Of a stretch of 64,000 nucleotides of DNA, positions 1 through 16,225 are shown one piece after another. This stretch comes from an uncultured Hormoscilla sp. (GTDB lineage Bacteria; Cyanobacteriota; Cyanobacteriia; Cyanobacteriales; Desertifilaceae). The stretch covers positions 3,072,001 through 3,136,000 of the forward strand of contig OZ001293.3 in the NCBI GenBank assembly GCA_963921275.4. Reading direction: 5' to 3'. A model generated the notes under the pieces. The model had not been told where the DNA came from and made no database searches. It worked only from the letters and a program-made list of their open reading frames with translations. Both the position numbers and the translations under genes were made by a program. Position 1 is the stretch's first letter. Each line of letters opens with the position of its first letter.

Positions 1-70
1 AATATTAAGTAATTTTATGGTTTATTGTGCTCGTGTTATCATAATAAACCATAAAATTACTTGCTAAATT

Positions 71-1424
71 GGGTACATTTCAGTTAGGCGATGAGTAATT
101 ATACATAGTGCTTGTCTCCCTCAAAACGGTACATAATTTAGGCACTGTTGACCACCCTTGACCCATGAACTCCCAAAAGCAGGCTGAACTCCAGCAACAT
201 CTTGACGCGATTGCCGCGATTCTCTACCAGGAAGCCGACCCCACTGAACTCACCACCCTTGAAGGCATTGAGAAAAACGTTCGTGCGCTTGCCCAAGAAC
301 ACGTCTGGCCTCAACTAGGAATTTTTTTATCAACACGGCGACTTCCCGCCGCACCGGAAAACAGCGCACCCTGACCAGTATCCTGGGCAAACTAACCCTC
401 ACCACTGCTCAAGCCCAACAACTGCAAGTTAAACCGGGAACTCGTTGGAGTCCGTATGTGGAAAAATGTTGTTGGGTCGTCAGTGCCAATGCCTCTTACC
501 AGAGAGCCGATTTTTCGGGCCGTCCGCGGACCGTACAAGATCTCGCGATGCTGACTGGGGTGAGCATCTCCCACAGTACGCTCCAACGCTTTGTTCAACG
601 AGAGGACTGGTCTGAGGTAGAGATAGCTGAACCGATTCAGGAGCTCAGCTTGGATGGCGGCATGATTCGCCTTCGTACCGATTTTTCGGGCCGTCCGCGG
701 ACCGTGGAGGGTCAACCTGGTGAGTGGCGAGAATACAAAGCCTTAAATGTCCATGAGCAAGGCAGTGTGGCTTTCTTCAAGGATAATCAAGGGCTGCTTG
801 AGTGGGTGAATGCCCAGCCCCTCGGGGCGCAGTTCACCGGTCTCGGAGATGGTCATGATGGGGTGTGGAACATTTTCAGTGGTATCGGGACACCAGAACA
901 ACGTATCGAAGTGCTCGATTGGTATCACCTAATGGAAAATGCCAATAAGGTGCAAGGGACACCGGCTCAATCCGATTTTTCGGGCCGTCCGCGGACCGTG
1001 CAGATCCGATTTTTCGGGCCGTCCGCACTCCTGTGGCGAGGGGAGACCCAGAGGGCGATTAGTTATCTGCGCCAACAGCAATGTCGGGGAGCCACAGATC
1101 AACTACTTGAAGCACCATCAGACGCGCATCATTGACTACCAGGCTAGCCCTCCTGGCGTCGGGCCGCTGCGCGAACGGGCAGGCAGCTCGGCACTCGATT
1201 GGCTCTGGTCGGGTTGAGTCCCTGGTGAAACAAATTGGGTTAAGGGTGAAATTACCGGGGGCACAATGGCGAGCCGAGAATGTGCCGATTTTTCGGGCCG
1301 TCCGCGGACCGTAGGTGTTGAAGCATCGCTGTGCCTACCTGAATGGCGCATTAGTTGCCTAATCAGACTCAGTAAATCCACTTGTGCTGAGTAAATATAC
1401 TCATCGCCTAACTGAGATGCACCC
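71..1424 (+). mobile_element. ISKra4-family IS, transposase frameshifted and carrying mini-element insertions
   Basis: 27-bp imperfect IRs GGGTACATTTCAGTTAGGCGATGAGTA (71-97) / 1398-1424; 8-bp TSD GCTAAATT (63-70, 1425-1432); motifs LSLDGG, LGDGHDGVW, LDWYHL, IGSGRVES, HRCAYLNG. Confidence 0.9.
511..1312 (+). repeat. Five copies of a 24-bp insert TTTTTCGGGCCGTCCGCGGACCGT (511-534, 682-705, 976-999, 1010-1024 partial, 1289-1312)
   Basis: Exact repeats, each preceded by CCGA. Confidence 0.95.
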
Positions 1425-1755
1425 GCTAAATTGGTTAATTACATGCAAATTTTGAGGCGAAAGATAAGGCAAAAAGCAATGTTGAGCAAATTTTTTGAAA
1501 AAAGTATGTATAATCAAGGCTAAGTATAAATTAATTAACCTCGATACCATATTCCGCACCACAAGCTGTAACATGCTATGTAATACGTGATTGCTCGGGA
1601 AGATTGCCATTGCACTACATTTCGTAAGACATATATCTAGCAATTTGGCAAACACAAGGTATAAATATTTATACTGATATCAGCTTTTCGGTTTGCAAAA
1701 TCACCAAGCGTTTGTAATCAGTGCGTAATACATTTAGTCGTGCGGAATGTAGGTT
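1425..1755 (+). mobile_element. AT-rich IS end remnant (same terminus as the IS1634-like element at ~29335)
   Basis: TGCGTAATACATT..GTCGTGCGGAATGTAGGTT shared with 29305-29336. Confidence 0.5.
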
Positions 1756-1879
1756 GATTAATTTGGACTGGAGGCAAATAGTCTGCTTAGTAAAGGTAGA
1801 GCAATTTTGGCTCTCTGTTGACGATCATATGCCTCAAGCATGGCGATCTGGACTCATGTATGGCGGACCAACGCTAGCC

Positions 1880-1942
1880 AGTAAACACTAAAGTGTTTAC
1901 TACGAACGGCGGTAAACACTAAAGTGTTTACTACGAACGGCG
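1880..1942 (+). repeat. Tandem hairpin+TACTACGAAC short dispersed repeat; relatives at 4155-4210 and 12264-12314
   Basis: GTAAACACTAAAGTGTTTACTACGAACGGCG x2; AAGCACG..CGTGCTTACTACAAACG x2; ..AGCGTTTACTACGAAC x2. Confidence 0.8.
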
Positions 1943-1989
1943 AGACTTACAATGGTAACAAATCTGGAGATAATACTATAGCCGAGCTG

Positions 1990-2790
1990 ATGACCCCTGA
2001 GATGAAATCTGCAACTACCCCCGATCGAGACAGTAACACAGAATCGACTGCTAACCCTGAGATTGACGATGAATATCTTGATGAACTGCCAGATGATGTG
2101 GAGATGTCCTTGTTTGACCATTTGGAGGAGTTGCGCCAGCGGATTTTTTATGCTCTAATTGCTGTTCTCCTGGGAGCGATCGCCTGCTTCGCGACGGTAA
2201 AGCCGATCGTCGGGTTGCTCGAAATTCCCGCCCAAGGTGTAAAATTCCTCCAGTTGGCCCCGGGTGAATATTTCTTTGTTTCTCTGAAGGTCGCAGGTTA
2301 CAGTGGCCTCTTGGTAGCTAGCCCCTTTGTCCTCTACCAAATTATTATGTTTATCTTACCCGGACTCACCCGCCGGGAACTAAGGCTCATAGGACCGGTG
2401 GTTTTAGGATCCAGCGTGCTGTTTGTCGCGGGACTGGTCTTTTCTTTCTTGGTTCTCCTGCCAGCTGCTCTGAATTTTTTCATTAACTATGGCTCCGGTG
2501 TGGTAGAACAGTTGTGGTCGATCGACCGCTATTTTGAATTTGTCCTGCTGCTGATGTTCAGCACGGGTTTGGCCTTTCAAATTCCCGTGATTCAAGCCCT
2601 ACTGGGCCTGCTGGGCATTGTCTCTTCTAAACAAATGCTCTCTGGTTGGCGCTACATTGTCCTAGGTGCAGTCGTTTTGGGTGCTATTCTCACTCCTTCC
2701 ACCGACCCGGTAACTCAAAGTTTACTCGCCAGCGCGGTCCTGGGTCTCTATTTTGGCGGCATAGGTTTGGTGATGGTGCTGGGACATTGA
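1990..2790 (+). CDS. tatC: Twin-arginine translocase subunit TatC
   Basis: [29 protein letters not shown] motifs; ATG 1990 preferred over GTG 1924, which lies inside a repeat. Confidence 0.95.
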   Translation: MTPEMKSATTPDRDSNTESTANPEIDDEYLDELPDDVEMSLFDHLEELRQRIFYALIAVLLGAIACFATVKPIVGLLEIPAQGVKFLQLAPGEYFFVSLKVAGYSGLLVASPFVLYQIIMFILPGLTRRELRLIGPVVLGSSVLFVAGLVFSFLVLLPAALNFFINYGSGVVEQLWSIDRYFEFVLLLMFSTGLAFQIPVIQALLGLLGIVSSKQMLSGWRYIVLGAVVLGAILTPSTDPVTQSLLASAVLGLYFGGIGLVMVLGH

Positions 2791-2831
2791 AATTTCCGAC
2801 GATGGGCGATCAATCTCGTCTGGACCCGGAC

Positions 2832-4142
2832 CTGGCTGCCTGACACAAGTGGCTGAAAGCTCGCAAATACGTGGTTTGTGAGAAAAAGGGCAGAGTGCTA
2901 TGCTTACGCTAGAGTCACTACACAACTAGCCATCAGAAGCATGTCTTACTCTACCCAACTTTACGATCAGCTATTGAGCTTTTTGCGTCAATACAGTCGC
3001 TACCGATATCTGCGTCATCTCAAAGCTCTAGCTTGGATGGTGACCGCCTTAATTTGTAGTGGTCAGTTGAGCCGCCTGGGAGCCCTATGTCCCCAGTCGT
3101 GCCAAGCAAGCCCAAAGTTTTGAACGCCGGTGGCACCGCTTTTTGGGTAATACGCTGATTTGTGTAAACTCGCTCTATATTCCACTGGTGCTACTAGCCC
3201 TCAAAGGTTGGCAGTCCCACCGTCTGTATCTTGCCCTCGATACCACAGTCCTGTGGAATCGTTACTGCATGATTCATCTATCGGTGGTCTGTTGTGGTCG
3301 CGCCTTGCCATTTCTATGGCGGGTGCTAGAGCACAGCAGCGCTACCGTAGCCTTCGATACATATAGACCCTGATTACGTCGAGCCCGGTGGCTATTGCGT
3401 CAACATCCCGATGTGATGCTGTTAGGAGACCGGGGCTTTGCCAATCACGATCTGATGAGTTGGTTACTTGCTAGTGGTTGGCACTACTGCCTGCGGCTGC
3501 CCTGTGATGTATTGCTGCATGGCCCTCGGCGCTATCCGATTGAAGTTAGCTATCTGTGACCACCTAAAGGCGAAGCAGTCTTTGATCGCAATGTCGGTCT
3601 ATGGCAAGATGGAGAACATCGCTGTAATCTTGTATTAGCCACTGTCAAAGGAGTCAAGGAACCCTGGGCGGTTATCACCGATGAGTCCCCCAGTTTACAA
3701 ACTCTGTGGCAATATGGTTTGCGCTTTCGGGTAGAGGAACTATTTTTGGATAGCAAGTCGGGGGCCTTTGAACTGGAAGACTCCCGCATCCGCTCAGTTC
3801 AAGCGCTTGAGCGGCTTTACTTAGTTGCTGCCATTGCCCTGCTTTACGCCACTACCCAGGGCATGGCTGTTCAACTTGAAGGCTTACGCCAGCAGGTAGA
3901 TCCCCATTGGCAACGAGGTCTCAGTTATCTCAAAATTGGTTGGCGCTGGCTCAAAGGAGTAGTCAATAAAGGTCGGCTACTTTTAATGCCAGTACCATTG
4001 TTGCCTAGAGATCCACAACCATGTTTTGCTTCCTTCAAAGCCAAGTATGATTACTACGACCAAATATGGTTTTCGCGTATCCGCTCAATACAGTGTAAAA
4101 CCTGATGCGCCTAGTTTTCATGCAGATGTGTCAGGCAGCCAG
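2832..4142 (+). mobile_element. IS4-family IS, transposase inactivated by stops and frameshifts
   Basis: 16-bp perfect IRs CTGGCTGCCTGACACA; 9-bp TSD GACCCGGAC (2823-2831, 4143-4151); LALDTT, GDRGF, RFRVEELFLDSKS. Confidence 0.9.
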
Positions 4143-4595
4143 GACCCGGACAGCAAGCACGAAGCGTGCTTACTACAAACGGCAAGCACGCTTCGTGCTT
4201 ACTACAAACGATTTGTATTCCAGATCGGCTAAATTCCTGTTGGCCTCAAATGTAAATAATTTGACCATTTTCGATGAACGATTACCTGACGATCGCCGCA
4301 CCTCTGGTTGCCATGCGCCTTCAGAGGCTGTTTTAAAAGTCTCTAAGTGTGAAAATAGTGGCGAGCGCTCCTTCTAAGTAGATACCATACAATTAGCGAT
4401 TAGCCATAAGCCAACCATATGATGAGAGAAGATGTAGGCTCTAATTAGTCTTTGAGGGAGTCGATGGCGAGCGCTCATGGAGCCAAGTCAAAATGAGTAA
4501 AAATAACTATTGACAGGAGGAGAAGAGAAGATGTAGGCTAGAAAAAGCCAAGTTCGGAGTAGTGGGTGGCCAGCAGGAAAATTGGGGACTCGGAA

Positions 4596-5412
<817 letters not shown>

Positions 5413-5621
5413 TAATTTGTCAAAATTACGTAGCGTATAGGTAAGAAACGGGGAACGGAGGGCGCTCCAGGGGCGATCGCGATAAGGTTGATCCTGTTGC
5501 ATTTTAATACTGTCAGATCCTTCCGATTTGGCGGGGGGCGATCTGGACCCTCAGGGGATCTAGCAGAGCCTTTTTTCCGTGATGCCTGATTTTTAGTGCT
5601 CCCTCAACGCTCTCTAGCGCC

Positions 5622-5850
5622 CTACATCGGTTGTGGCTTGGCTGTATAGTTCCATTGTGGGAGAATATTGTCAAAGACAATTTGCATATTTTCCTTAAAA
5701 CTTGAGCCAACTTTCATTCCTGTTTGATAAACCTTATCAATTACGATTGTAAATACCTTTAATCCTGTCTTTGTTGTCCTTGTGGCTATCAAATTTTTGA
5801 CCGTTTCCACCTTGTCGAATATTACCCCCTCACATGTCTGACATGGGGAA
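5622..5850 (-). mobile_element. ISAzo13-family transposase C-terminal fragment
   Basis: CEGVIFDKVETVK..TTKTGLKV..YQTGMKV..LPQWNY. Confidence 0.75.
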
Positions 5851-5854
5851 ACAA

Positions 5855-6390
5855 CCGATACTGATACTGTCCCAGCACTAGCAACCAGACCCGACCAAAG
5901 TAAGTCAATCTTCATCGCCAAGCAGCGTTCTCAAGATAAACCCCTGATTCTCATGGGAGATACTGTTAACACGTTACTTTCATTCTGTCAAGGGACGCCC
6001 GCAGAAATGGCAGTTTGGCAGCAGGTGGCGGAAAAATACTGGCCCGGTGCTTTAACCTTGGTGCTACCAGCGTCGGAACGGGTACACAGGGCCATGCACC
6101 AAAAGATCCAACCTCGATCGGGCTGAGGATCCCCAAGCACCCGATCGCCCGGCAAATTCTGGCCCAAACTGGCCCTCTAGCCACAACCAGTGCTAACCGG
6201 TCGGGAAGACCATCCCTGCTGTCAATGGCAGAAATAGCAGCAGAGTTTCCCCAAGTACTGACTCTATCCTATAGGAGATAAGCCAACTGTGCCACCAGCA
6301 ACCGAAGTACCCTCCACTGTGGCAAAATGGAACGGTTTGGGGTGGGAAATCCTGCGACAGGGAGCGGTCAAAGTGCTACCCTTACCCTAA
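5855..6390 (+). pseudogene. Sua5/YrdC (threonylcarbamoyl-AMP synthase) family, 5'-truncated and frameshifted
   Basis: TDTVPALA..KQRSQDKPLILM, YWPGALTLVL, GPLATTSANRSG, PSTVAKW across several frames. Confidence 0.8.
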
Positions 6391-6413
6391 AACGATTAGC
6401 GAAGGGCATTTTT

Positions 6414-7325
6414 ATGGGCTGGAGCAACTTGGTTTATTTCCTAGTCGGACTGGGGCTAGGCTTAGGAAGTAGGAGTATATGGCAGAGCATCCGCAGCCAG
6501 TTGGGTCTTGGCCTTACTGCCAGCGTTGAGATGGAAACTTGCGTAGAGCAACTTATACAGACTCAGTTAGCCTACCAGATGGCCTCGGAAATGAGCAAAT
6601 TTAAGGAAGGGTTTCTGGCCCGGTGTCCCACGAACTGCGAGCGCCCCTCAATGGGATCGTCAGTATACACCAGCTGATTACCGAAGGTTTATGCCAATCA
6701 AAGTCCGAAGAGCAGGAATTTCTTGAAGAAGCTCACCACCGCACCCGAAAGCTGCAAATCGTTCATCGACGAAATGGTGCTAGTCGCCAAAACCGAGCAT
6801 GGCAGGGAAACACAAGAAATTCAGCCCATCGATCTGGCTAGTATATTCGGGGAAGTCTATAAATTGACCCACAACCAGGCCGCTAATAGGAACCTGCAGC
6901 TGCTCGTAGTCAACCCAGAGCAGCATATTTACGTGCTAGCAGACCAGCGCCGAGTTTGTGACAGGTACTGGTGCATCTAGTAGATAGCACGATACTGCTG
7001 CGCAGTCGCTGCGCGAACGGCCAGATGCAAGAGGGTAGTATTCATTTGTGGAGCGAACCAGAATCCTCTGCTGGGGTAGTCCGCATCTTACTGGAGGATA
7101 GTCGTCCCGCCAGTGCCTGGAGTGACGAGCGTGAATTTGTTGACTTCACAGCAGGGGAAAGTTGACGCCCAACTAGATCCTCCTTCCCCCGGACTGACAT
7201 TGATGGCAGATAAAATCCTCCTAGAACTGATGCAGTCCAGTCTAGAAGTCCTGGCAGTCCCCGATAGGCAGTCGGAGGTGAGTCGCATTCAATGCACTCT
7301 TCCCCTGGCGATGATAGATCCTTAG
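6414..7325 (+). pseudogene. Membrane-anchored HisKA/HATPase-like protein, multiple frameshifts
   Basis: SHELRAPLNGI H-box; pieces 6327-6677, 6623-6841, 6723-6980, 6971-7165, 7113-7325. Confidence 0.75.
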
Positions 7326-7340
7326 CAGTCCGATATTGTA

Positions 7341-7808
7341 TTATTGAGAAACTGCTGTTGTGGCTGGAGTTTTGGGGATTTCTATGGCCTGATTGTACAG
7401 TATTATCGTAGTAGTGGAATTGCGCTGGAAACCGATGCGCTCGTAAAACTGTTGTTGATGGGTGGTCATCAGGTATACGCGCTCAACCCGACTCATCTTG
7501 GGGTGGCTCAAAACTGTCTCCACCAGCTTGCGCCCCAGTCCCGCACCTTGGTATTCTGGGTGCATGACTACATCCCAGATAGTGGCCCGGTATACTCCGT
7601 CGGAGGTAGCTCTGGCAAAGCCAATCAGGCGATCGCCATCCCAAACGGTAATCACCGGACAGCTGTTGGAGATCGCCTCCTGCAAATCGTCTGGCCGCCG
7701 CCCTTGGGCCCAAAAAGCCCCCAGATCGAACAGGTCCACCAGTTGAGTCAGGTCGAGCCCAGAAATATCGGCACAAAATTTAATATGGCTGCAATCCATT
7801 GCTGTCAT
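7341..7808 (-). CDS. GNAT-family acetyltransferase
   Basis: IGFARATSDG, WDVVMHPEYQGAGLGRKL, FYERIGF. Confidence 0.9.
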   Translation of the reverse strand: MTAMDCSHIKFCADISGLDLTQLVDLFDLGAFWAQGRRPDDLQEAISNSCPVITVWDGDRLIGFARATSDGVYRATIWDVVMHPEYQGAGLGRKLVETVLSHPKMSRVERVYLMTTHQQQFYERIGFQRNSTTTIILYNQAIEIPKTPATTAVSQ

Positions 7809-7936
7809 ACCAAGTGGGATTTGATATGTGATATTTTAGGTGGGAGTGCCACCCCAGTTTCGGTAAGGTTTGATCGCAGATGCCCTGGCGCTGCTCGTTT
7901 AATTGCCTCTGAGACGATAACAGTAGATACGATCCT

Positions 7937-9320
7937 ATGCCTTCTAGACAAAATCTCGATCCCGTGCAGACCAGGCCCTTGCCAAAGTACCTGGTCTTGC
8001 TGTTTTGTCTGAGCCTGTCATGGAGTCTCGCCTTCGCGATCGCCCCTCGGACAGTAGCATTAGATCCAGTTCCCGAACGCTATCAGCTAGGACTGGAACT
8101 GTACCTAAAAAATTGTGGCACTTGCCATAGGGCCCTGCCACCAGCGGTGATGCCCAGGGAAACCTGGCAACAGCTACTACAAGATGAGCAACATTATGGA
8201 GTCGGTGCGATTCGTTCTAGCCTAACGTGGTCAAACACGGAACGCTAGCCCGGTTTCATTAGCCGGGAACTCTGACCGCATGGGGGTTAAATTCCCCTCC
8301 CCCCAGGTACGGGGGTGACACCGGTCCTCGGTGCTACGAAGCGACATCATCGTGGTGCTAAGCGAGGACTCAAATGTAGGATAACTGGCAGCCTAAGCCG
8401 GTGACGCCGCTAGGAAAGATATCCAAGGTTAGAGCAGGCAAACATGTGCAAGCCTCGTTATAAGGAACCAGCGAAATAAGGCTATATGCGCTGGCCTAAA
8501 AAGGAAATGGTAGCTAGTATTAGTTTTAGACTCTGGCTAATATAGTACTCAAATAGCTCCCGGGGTATAGTGTGGACCTAAAGGTATCGCGAAATGTTGT
8601 TAGGGAACGAAGTAACCTCTCGTGTGCTGTCCATCAGGACAAGTTAGATGTTAAGCGCAAGCCACGGGGGGAGGGATGGCCCAAGAAGCGAATGCCCGGG
8701 GTAATTCCTGGGATAACATCTACAGTAATGTAGATGATGCTGGGTAGCCAGCGCTGACGTGGGTCGGTGATACTAGGAAGCTGCTGGAATGAGTAATCCT
8801 AAAAAGCCACGGAACTAATCCGAAACGCAAGTGGAGGATAAGGTATGGATAACTGGTAAAACTGACTTGAAAATGGTGATACTAACGGTTATCAGAACAA
8901 CCACTCGCTAAACCAGGAAAGGGAAGAAAAGACAGGCGGCAAGGGCTAACGGAAGTAATTCCTATTAAGTCTACCTATGAAAAGGGCCTAGTACCCAGTA
9001 GCCGGATGCGGTGAAAATCGCAAGTCCGGTTCCTCAAGGGAGGGTCGGGAAGCGATTCCCGGCTCGACCCCATCCGACTGCAACTCCCGATCGACCCATC
9101 CCGCCTGCTAATATGGCAATACCTGCAATTTGCCTCTCGTCCCCTAGCATCAGAGGACGAGACTCCTTATAGACTGAGGAACTCTCGTTATTTTCAAGCA
9201 CTTCATCCCCGAGTCAAGTTCACCTCGCCCATTACCATCAGCAGTTGTCTACAATGTCATCCAGATGCTATGAAGTATGACTTCCGTTCCCTCTCCCCCG
9301 AATGGCTTGATGCCCAATAA
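7937..9320 (+). CDS. Dihaem cytochrome c family protein split by a group II intron (exons 7937-8204 + 9076-9320; 170 aa spliced)
   Basis: Signal/TM segment, CGTCH in exon 1, CLQCH in exon 2; removing 8205-9075 gives an open frame ..HYGVGLQLPIDPSRLLIWQYL.. Confidence 0.88.
8205..9075 (+). mobile_element. ORF-less group II (IIB-like) intron, type A, 871 nt
   Basis: 5' GTGCGATTCG; domain V AGCCGGATGCGGTGAAAATCGCAAGTCCGGTT (~9000-9031); domain VI hairpin; no long ORF; near-identical copy at 18001-18871. Confidence 0.93.
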
Positions 9321-9412
9321 GCTAGCATTACGGGCAGGCGATCCGCCCGCCCTACGCAACAAAAGTGGTAAGATAAAAAATAGTCTGCCCTTAAATGTAT
9401 TGATATGCTGCC

Positions 9413-12223
9413 ATGCTGAAGAAATTGCTCGGCGATCCCAACGAACGCAAACTGAATAAGTATAAGCCTTTCGTTAAAGAAGTCAACCTGTATGAGGAGG
9501 AGATAAGGCCCCTATCAGATGAGAATTTGATCGCTAAGACGGCTCAATTTAAACAGCGGCTGTCGAAAGCATCCTCAGATAATGAGTTGAAGGAGATGCT
9601 GGACGAGCTGTTACCCGAAGCATTTGCGGTGGTCCGGGAAGCAGGACGCCGGGTGTTGGGAATGCGACATTTTGATGTCCAGCTGTTGGGCGGGATGGTG
9701 CTCCACGACAGACAGATAGCTGAGATGAAGACCGGCGAGGGAAAAACCCTGGTGGCTACCCTGCCATCCTACCTGAATGCCTTGACCGGAAAGGGAGTTC
9801 ATGTAATCACGGTTAATGACTACCTGGCACGCCGGGACGCGGAATGGATGGGACAGGTTCACCGGTTCCTGGGATTATCGGTGGGTCTGATTCAACAGGG
9901 GATGGGACCGGCAGAACGCCAGAAGAACTATGGTTGCGATATAACTTACGCTACCAACAGCGAGGTGGGGTTCGATTACTTGCGGGATAATATGGCTTCT
10001 GGAATGGCGGAGGTGGTGCAACGGCCGTTCAATTTCTGCATAATTGATGAAGTAGATTCGGTATTGGTAGATGAAGCTCGCACGCCGCTGATTATATCAG
10101 GTCAGGTAGACAGACCGAGCGAAAAGTATATCCAAGCAGCAGATGTGGCCAGGGCCCTGAACAAGGAAAACCATTATGAACTGGATGAAAAGGCCCGCAA
10201 TGTTCTGTTGACAGATGAAGGGTATATTGCAGCAGAGGAGTTATTAGGGGTAACAGACCTGTTTGACCCGAAAGACCCTTGGGCCCATTTTGTCTTCAAT
10301 GGGATCAAGGCGAAGGAACTGTTTATTAAGGATGTTAACTATATTGTCCGCAATGATGAAATAGTGATCGTAGATGAGTTTACGGGACGGGTGATGCCCG
10401 GACGCCGCTGGTCGGATGGCCTGCATCAGGCGATCGAGGCGAAGGAACGGGTAGAAATTCAACCGGAAACTCAGACTTTAGCGACAATAACATATCAAAA
10501 TTTCTTTTTGCTGTACCCGAAACTGTCGGGAATGACGGGGACGGCGAAAACGGAAGAGGCGGAATTTGAAAAGATATATAGTTTGGAAGTGACGGTGGTG
10601 CCCACAAACATGCTGACGGGTCGGCGGGATCTGTCGGATATGGTATATAAGACGAAAGCAGGTAAGTGGCAAGCAGTGGCCCAAAACTGCGCGGAGTTGC
10701 ACCAGCAGGGACGCCCGATTTTGGTCGGTACCACAAGCGTGGAAAAATCGGAGGTAATCTCAAGCTTACTATCCCAGCTGCAAATTTCCCATCAGTTGCT
10801 GAATGCTAAGCCCGAAAATGTGGAACGGGAGTCGGAAATTATTGCCCAAGCAGGACGGAAAGGGGCCCTGACGATCGCCACAAACATGGCCGGACGGGGT
10901 ACGGACATCATACTGGGGGGAAACTGCGACTACATGGCCAGGCTGAAGTTGCGAGAATATTTTATGCCCCGCATTGTCCAACCAGAAGATGAAGATGGTT
11001 TGGGTGCCCTGGGGGTGCCGGGAACTAAACTAAAGGGTAAGAAGGCTCAGGGTTTTGGTCCGGGACAAAAGGTGAAAACATGGAAGGTATCGCCGCAAAT
11101 TTTCCCCACGAAACTGTCCCCAGAAACAGAAAAACGGCTGAAAGAAGCGGTAGACTTCGCAGTCAGGGAGTACGGGGAACGGAGTTTGCCAGAACTCCAG
11201 GCAGAGGATATAGTAGCAGTGGCAGCAGAGTCGGCCCCCACAGATGACCCTGGGATCCAAAAGCTGCGGGATGTTTTCCAAGCCATTCGGAATGAATATA
11301 AGGAATTTACCGATCGCGAACATGAAGATGTGGTGCAACTGGGCGGTCTCTACGTGCTGGGAACGGAACGCCATGACTCGCGCCGGATCGATAATCAATT
11401 GCGGGGTCGCGCTGGTCGTCAGGGAGACCCCGGTTCCACCAGGTTCTTCCTCAGTTTACAGGATAATTTGCTGCGCATATTTGGGGGAGATCGGGTAGCG
11501 GGGATGATGGATATGTTCCGGGTAGAGGAAGATATGCCCATCGAGTCAAAGATGCTCACCCGTTCCCTGGAAGGGGCGCAAAAGAAGGTAGAAACCCACT
11601 ACTACGATATCCGCAAGCAGGTATTTGAGTACGACGAGGTGATGAATAACCAACGTCGGGCGATCTACGCAGAACGGCGTCGGGTACTGGAGGGTCAGGA
11701 CCTGAAGGAACAGGTGATTACATACGCTGAGAAAACGATGGATGAAATCGTTGAGGCTTATGTTAACCCAGAATTGCCCTCGGATGAGTGGGACCTGCCG
11801 AAATTAGTAGGTAAGGTGAAGGAGTTTGTCAATTTACTGGCAGACCTGGAACCGGAACATCTCGAAGACCTCAGCTTTGGGGAAATGAAAACGTTCTTGC
11901 ACGAACAGGTGCGGATCGCCTATGATATGAAGGAGGCTCAGATAGATAAAGTGCAGCCAGGTATGATGCGGCAGGCAGAGCGCTTCTTTATTCTCCAACA
12001 GATCGATACCCTCTGGCGAGAACATTTGCAACAAATGGATGCCCTACGAGAATCAGTAGGTTTGCGCGGTTACGGTCAGAAAGACCCGCTGATAGAATAT
12101 AAGTCGGAAGGCTATGAGTTGTTCCTGGAAATGATGATTTCTATTCGCAGAAATGTGGTATACTCGATGTTCCAGTTCCAACCTCAGCCCCAACCAACTG
12201 TGCAAACGGCAGAAATGGTTTAA
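9413..12223 (+). CDS. secA: Preprotein translocase ATPase SecA
   Basis: [35 protein letters not shown]; 936 aa. Confidence 0.98.
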   Translation: MLKKLLGDPNERKLNKYKPFVKEVNLYEEEIRPLSDENLIAKTAQFKQRLSKASSDNELKEMLDELLPEAFAVVREAGRRVLGMRHFDVQLLGGMVLHDRQIAEMKTGEGKTLVATLPSYLNALTGKGVHVITVNDYLARRDAEWMGQVHRFLGLSVGLIQQGMGPAERQKNYGCDITYATNSEVGFDYLRDNMASGMAEVVQRPFNFCIIDEVDSVLVDEARTPLIISGQVDRPSEKYIQAADVARALNKENHYELDEKARNVLLTDEGYIAAEELLGVTDLFDPKDPWAHFVFNGIKAKELFIKDVNYIVRNDEIVIVDEFTGRVMPGRRWSDGLHQAIEAKERVEIQPETQTLATITYQNFFLLYPKLSGMTGTAKTEEAEFEKIYSLEVTVVPTNMLTGRRDLSDMVYKTKAGKWQAVAQNCAELHQQGRPILVGTTSVEKSEVISSLLSQLQISHQLLNAKPENVERESEIIAQAGRKGALTIATNMAGRGTDIILGGNCDYMARLKLREYFMPRIVQPEDEDGLGALGVPGTKLKGKKAQGFGPGQKVKTWKVSPQIFPTKLSPETEKRLKEAVDFAVREYGERSLPELQAEDIVAVAAESAPTDDPGIQKLRDVFQAIRNEYKEFTDREHEDVVQLGGLYVLGTERHDSRRIDNQLRGRAGRQGDPGSTRFFLSLQDNLLRIFGGDRVAGMMDMFRVEEDMPIESKMLTRSLEGAQKKVETHYYDIRKQVFEYDEVMNNQRRAIYAERRRVLEGQDLKEQVITYAEKTMDEIVEAYVNPELPSDEWDLPKLVGKVKEFVNLLADLEPEHLEDLSFGEMKTFLHEQVRIAYDMKEAQIDKVQPGMMRQAERFFILQQIDTLWREHLQQMDALRESVGLRGYGQKDPLIEYKSEGYELFLEMMISIRRNVVYSMFQFQPQPQPTVQTAEMV

Positions 12224-12460
12224 AATTGGAGGTCGTAGGGCGGACGGATCGCCTGCCCGGGAACGCTTTAGCGTTTACTACGAACGGCAAACGCTAAAGC
12301 GTTTACTACGAACAGGGAAACTCTGGGGTCCGAAAAGGGGAGGATAGCCTCTGGCACATCGCCCCAAAGCTTACCCCAAAATAATGGGCTAGGCGAACTA
12401 CATCTTCCGGTCTCCTGACTATCTTTACCCCTAGCTGGCCCAGGAGTTCCTGAGCGCCTC

Positions 12461-14274
<1,814 letters not shown>

Positions 14275-14992
14275 TAGAAAGGAGCATGGAGATAAAACTC
14301 AAAAAGAGATGGCCATATTGTGGGGAGAGGAAGTTACGCAACCAAATATTAGTAGAACCATGCTTTGGTTAGGGATAAGCAGAAAAAAAAGACCTATGGA
14401 TATCGGGAAAGAGATGAAGAAAAACGTCAAGAGTTTTTGCGAAAACTAGATAATCTCGAAAAAAATAAGAGAATATACGTTGATGAGGCGATGTCTCAGG
14501 AGTAGTGCGATTAGCACTCTCCGGAGACATCGCAGGAATAGATAACAGAGAAGAATACCCCTATGGTTACTGCGATCCGAGGAGAAAGATTTTACGCAAT
14601 AAAATCCGGAAAACGAACCGAGAGAGTCAGTTGGATAGCGGCGCAGAGAGAAGATAAGGTCTTTGCTCCTTTAGTATTTAGTGGAGGTTGTAACAAGGAT
14701 TTATTTGAATTTTGGGTAGAATTCTGTTTAATCCCTCAACTTGAGGAGGGAGATGTAGTTATTATTGAAAATGCAAGTTTTCATAAGTCAATATTCGTTA
14801 GGGAACTAATTGAGTCGACTGGATGCGAGCTGTTATACTTACCAACCTCTTCTCCCGCTCTTAATAAAATAGAGCATTGGTGGTTTGTTCTCAAGAATTG
14901 GATGAAACAAAGGATAGACGAATTTGAGAATTTCTAAGACTTCATTGATGCTGCCTTTCGAAAATGTCCTAATGTATTTGCGTAATGCAATA
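14275..14992 (+). mobile_element. IS630-family transposase 3' part, degenerate
   Basis: KKKTYGYRERDEEKR, YVDEA(G), ENASFHK, YLPTSSPALNKIEHWW. Confidence 0.8.
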
Positions 14993-15390
14993 AAAACTCC
15001 TTCTCGGAAATCCTTCGGTCTAAACACTGTCGGCGTAAGACACTTAACTCGATTTCCGCCATATTCAACCAACTGCCATGTTTAGGAGTGTAATAAAATT
15101 CTAACTTATCCAGAATTCTACGAGCTGCCGATGGGCTAAAGGCTTTGTATAGGTGCGATTCGTTTAGCGTAAACTAACTTGACACAAGTCAAGGAGGGGG
15201 ACCGCTACCGGGATTTCGTAAGTCCCGAGAACTTACAGGTGATGGTGGTAAAAGCCCGCCCCTCCAGGTGCAGGAGTGACAGCACCCTCCCCACGGTAGC
15301 GATGGCATCAATCCGTGAAGCGGGAAGGAAAGGCGCTATGGCTGGGAGCCTAGACCGGTCATCGTCGAGCAAGTAACTATGATGAGCGTA

Positions 15391-16225
<835 letters not shown>

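Noticed and set aside
511..1312. CRISPR array suggested by repeated 24-28-bp palindromic units
   Set aside because: Spacing is irregular (10-270 bp), the intervening DNA is transposase coding sequence, and there are no cas genes.
8209..8248. ORF-track C-terminus AIRSSLTWSNTER of the cytochrome
   Set aside because: Read-through into intron sequence.
9611..12034. Many short antisense/overlapping ORFs in secA (likewise in clpB, aroA and the sulfatase)
   Set aside because: Shadow ORFs of well-supported genes.
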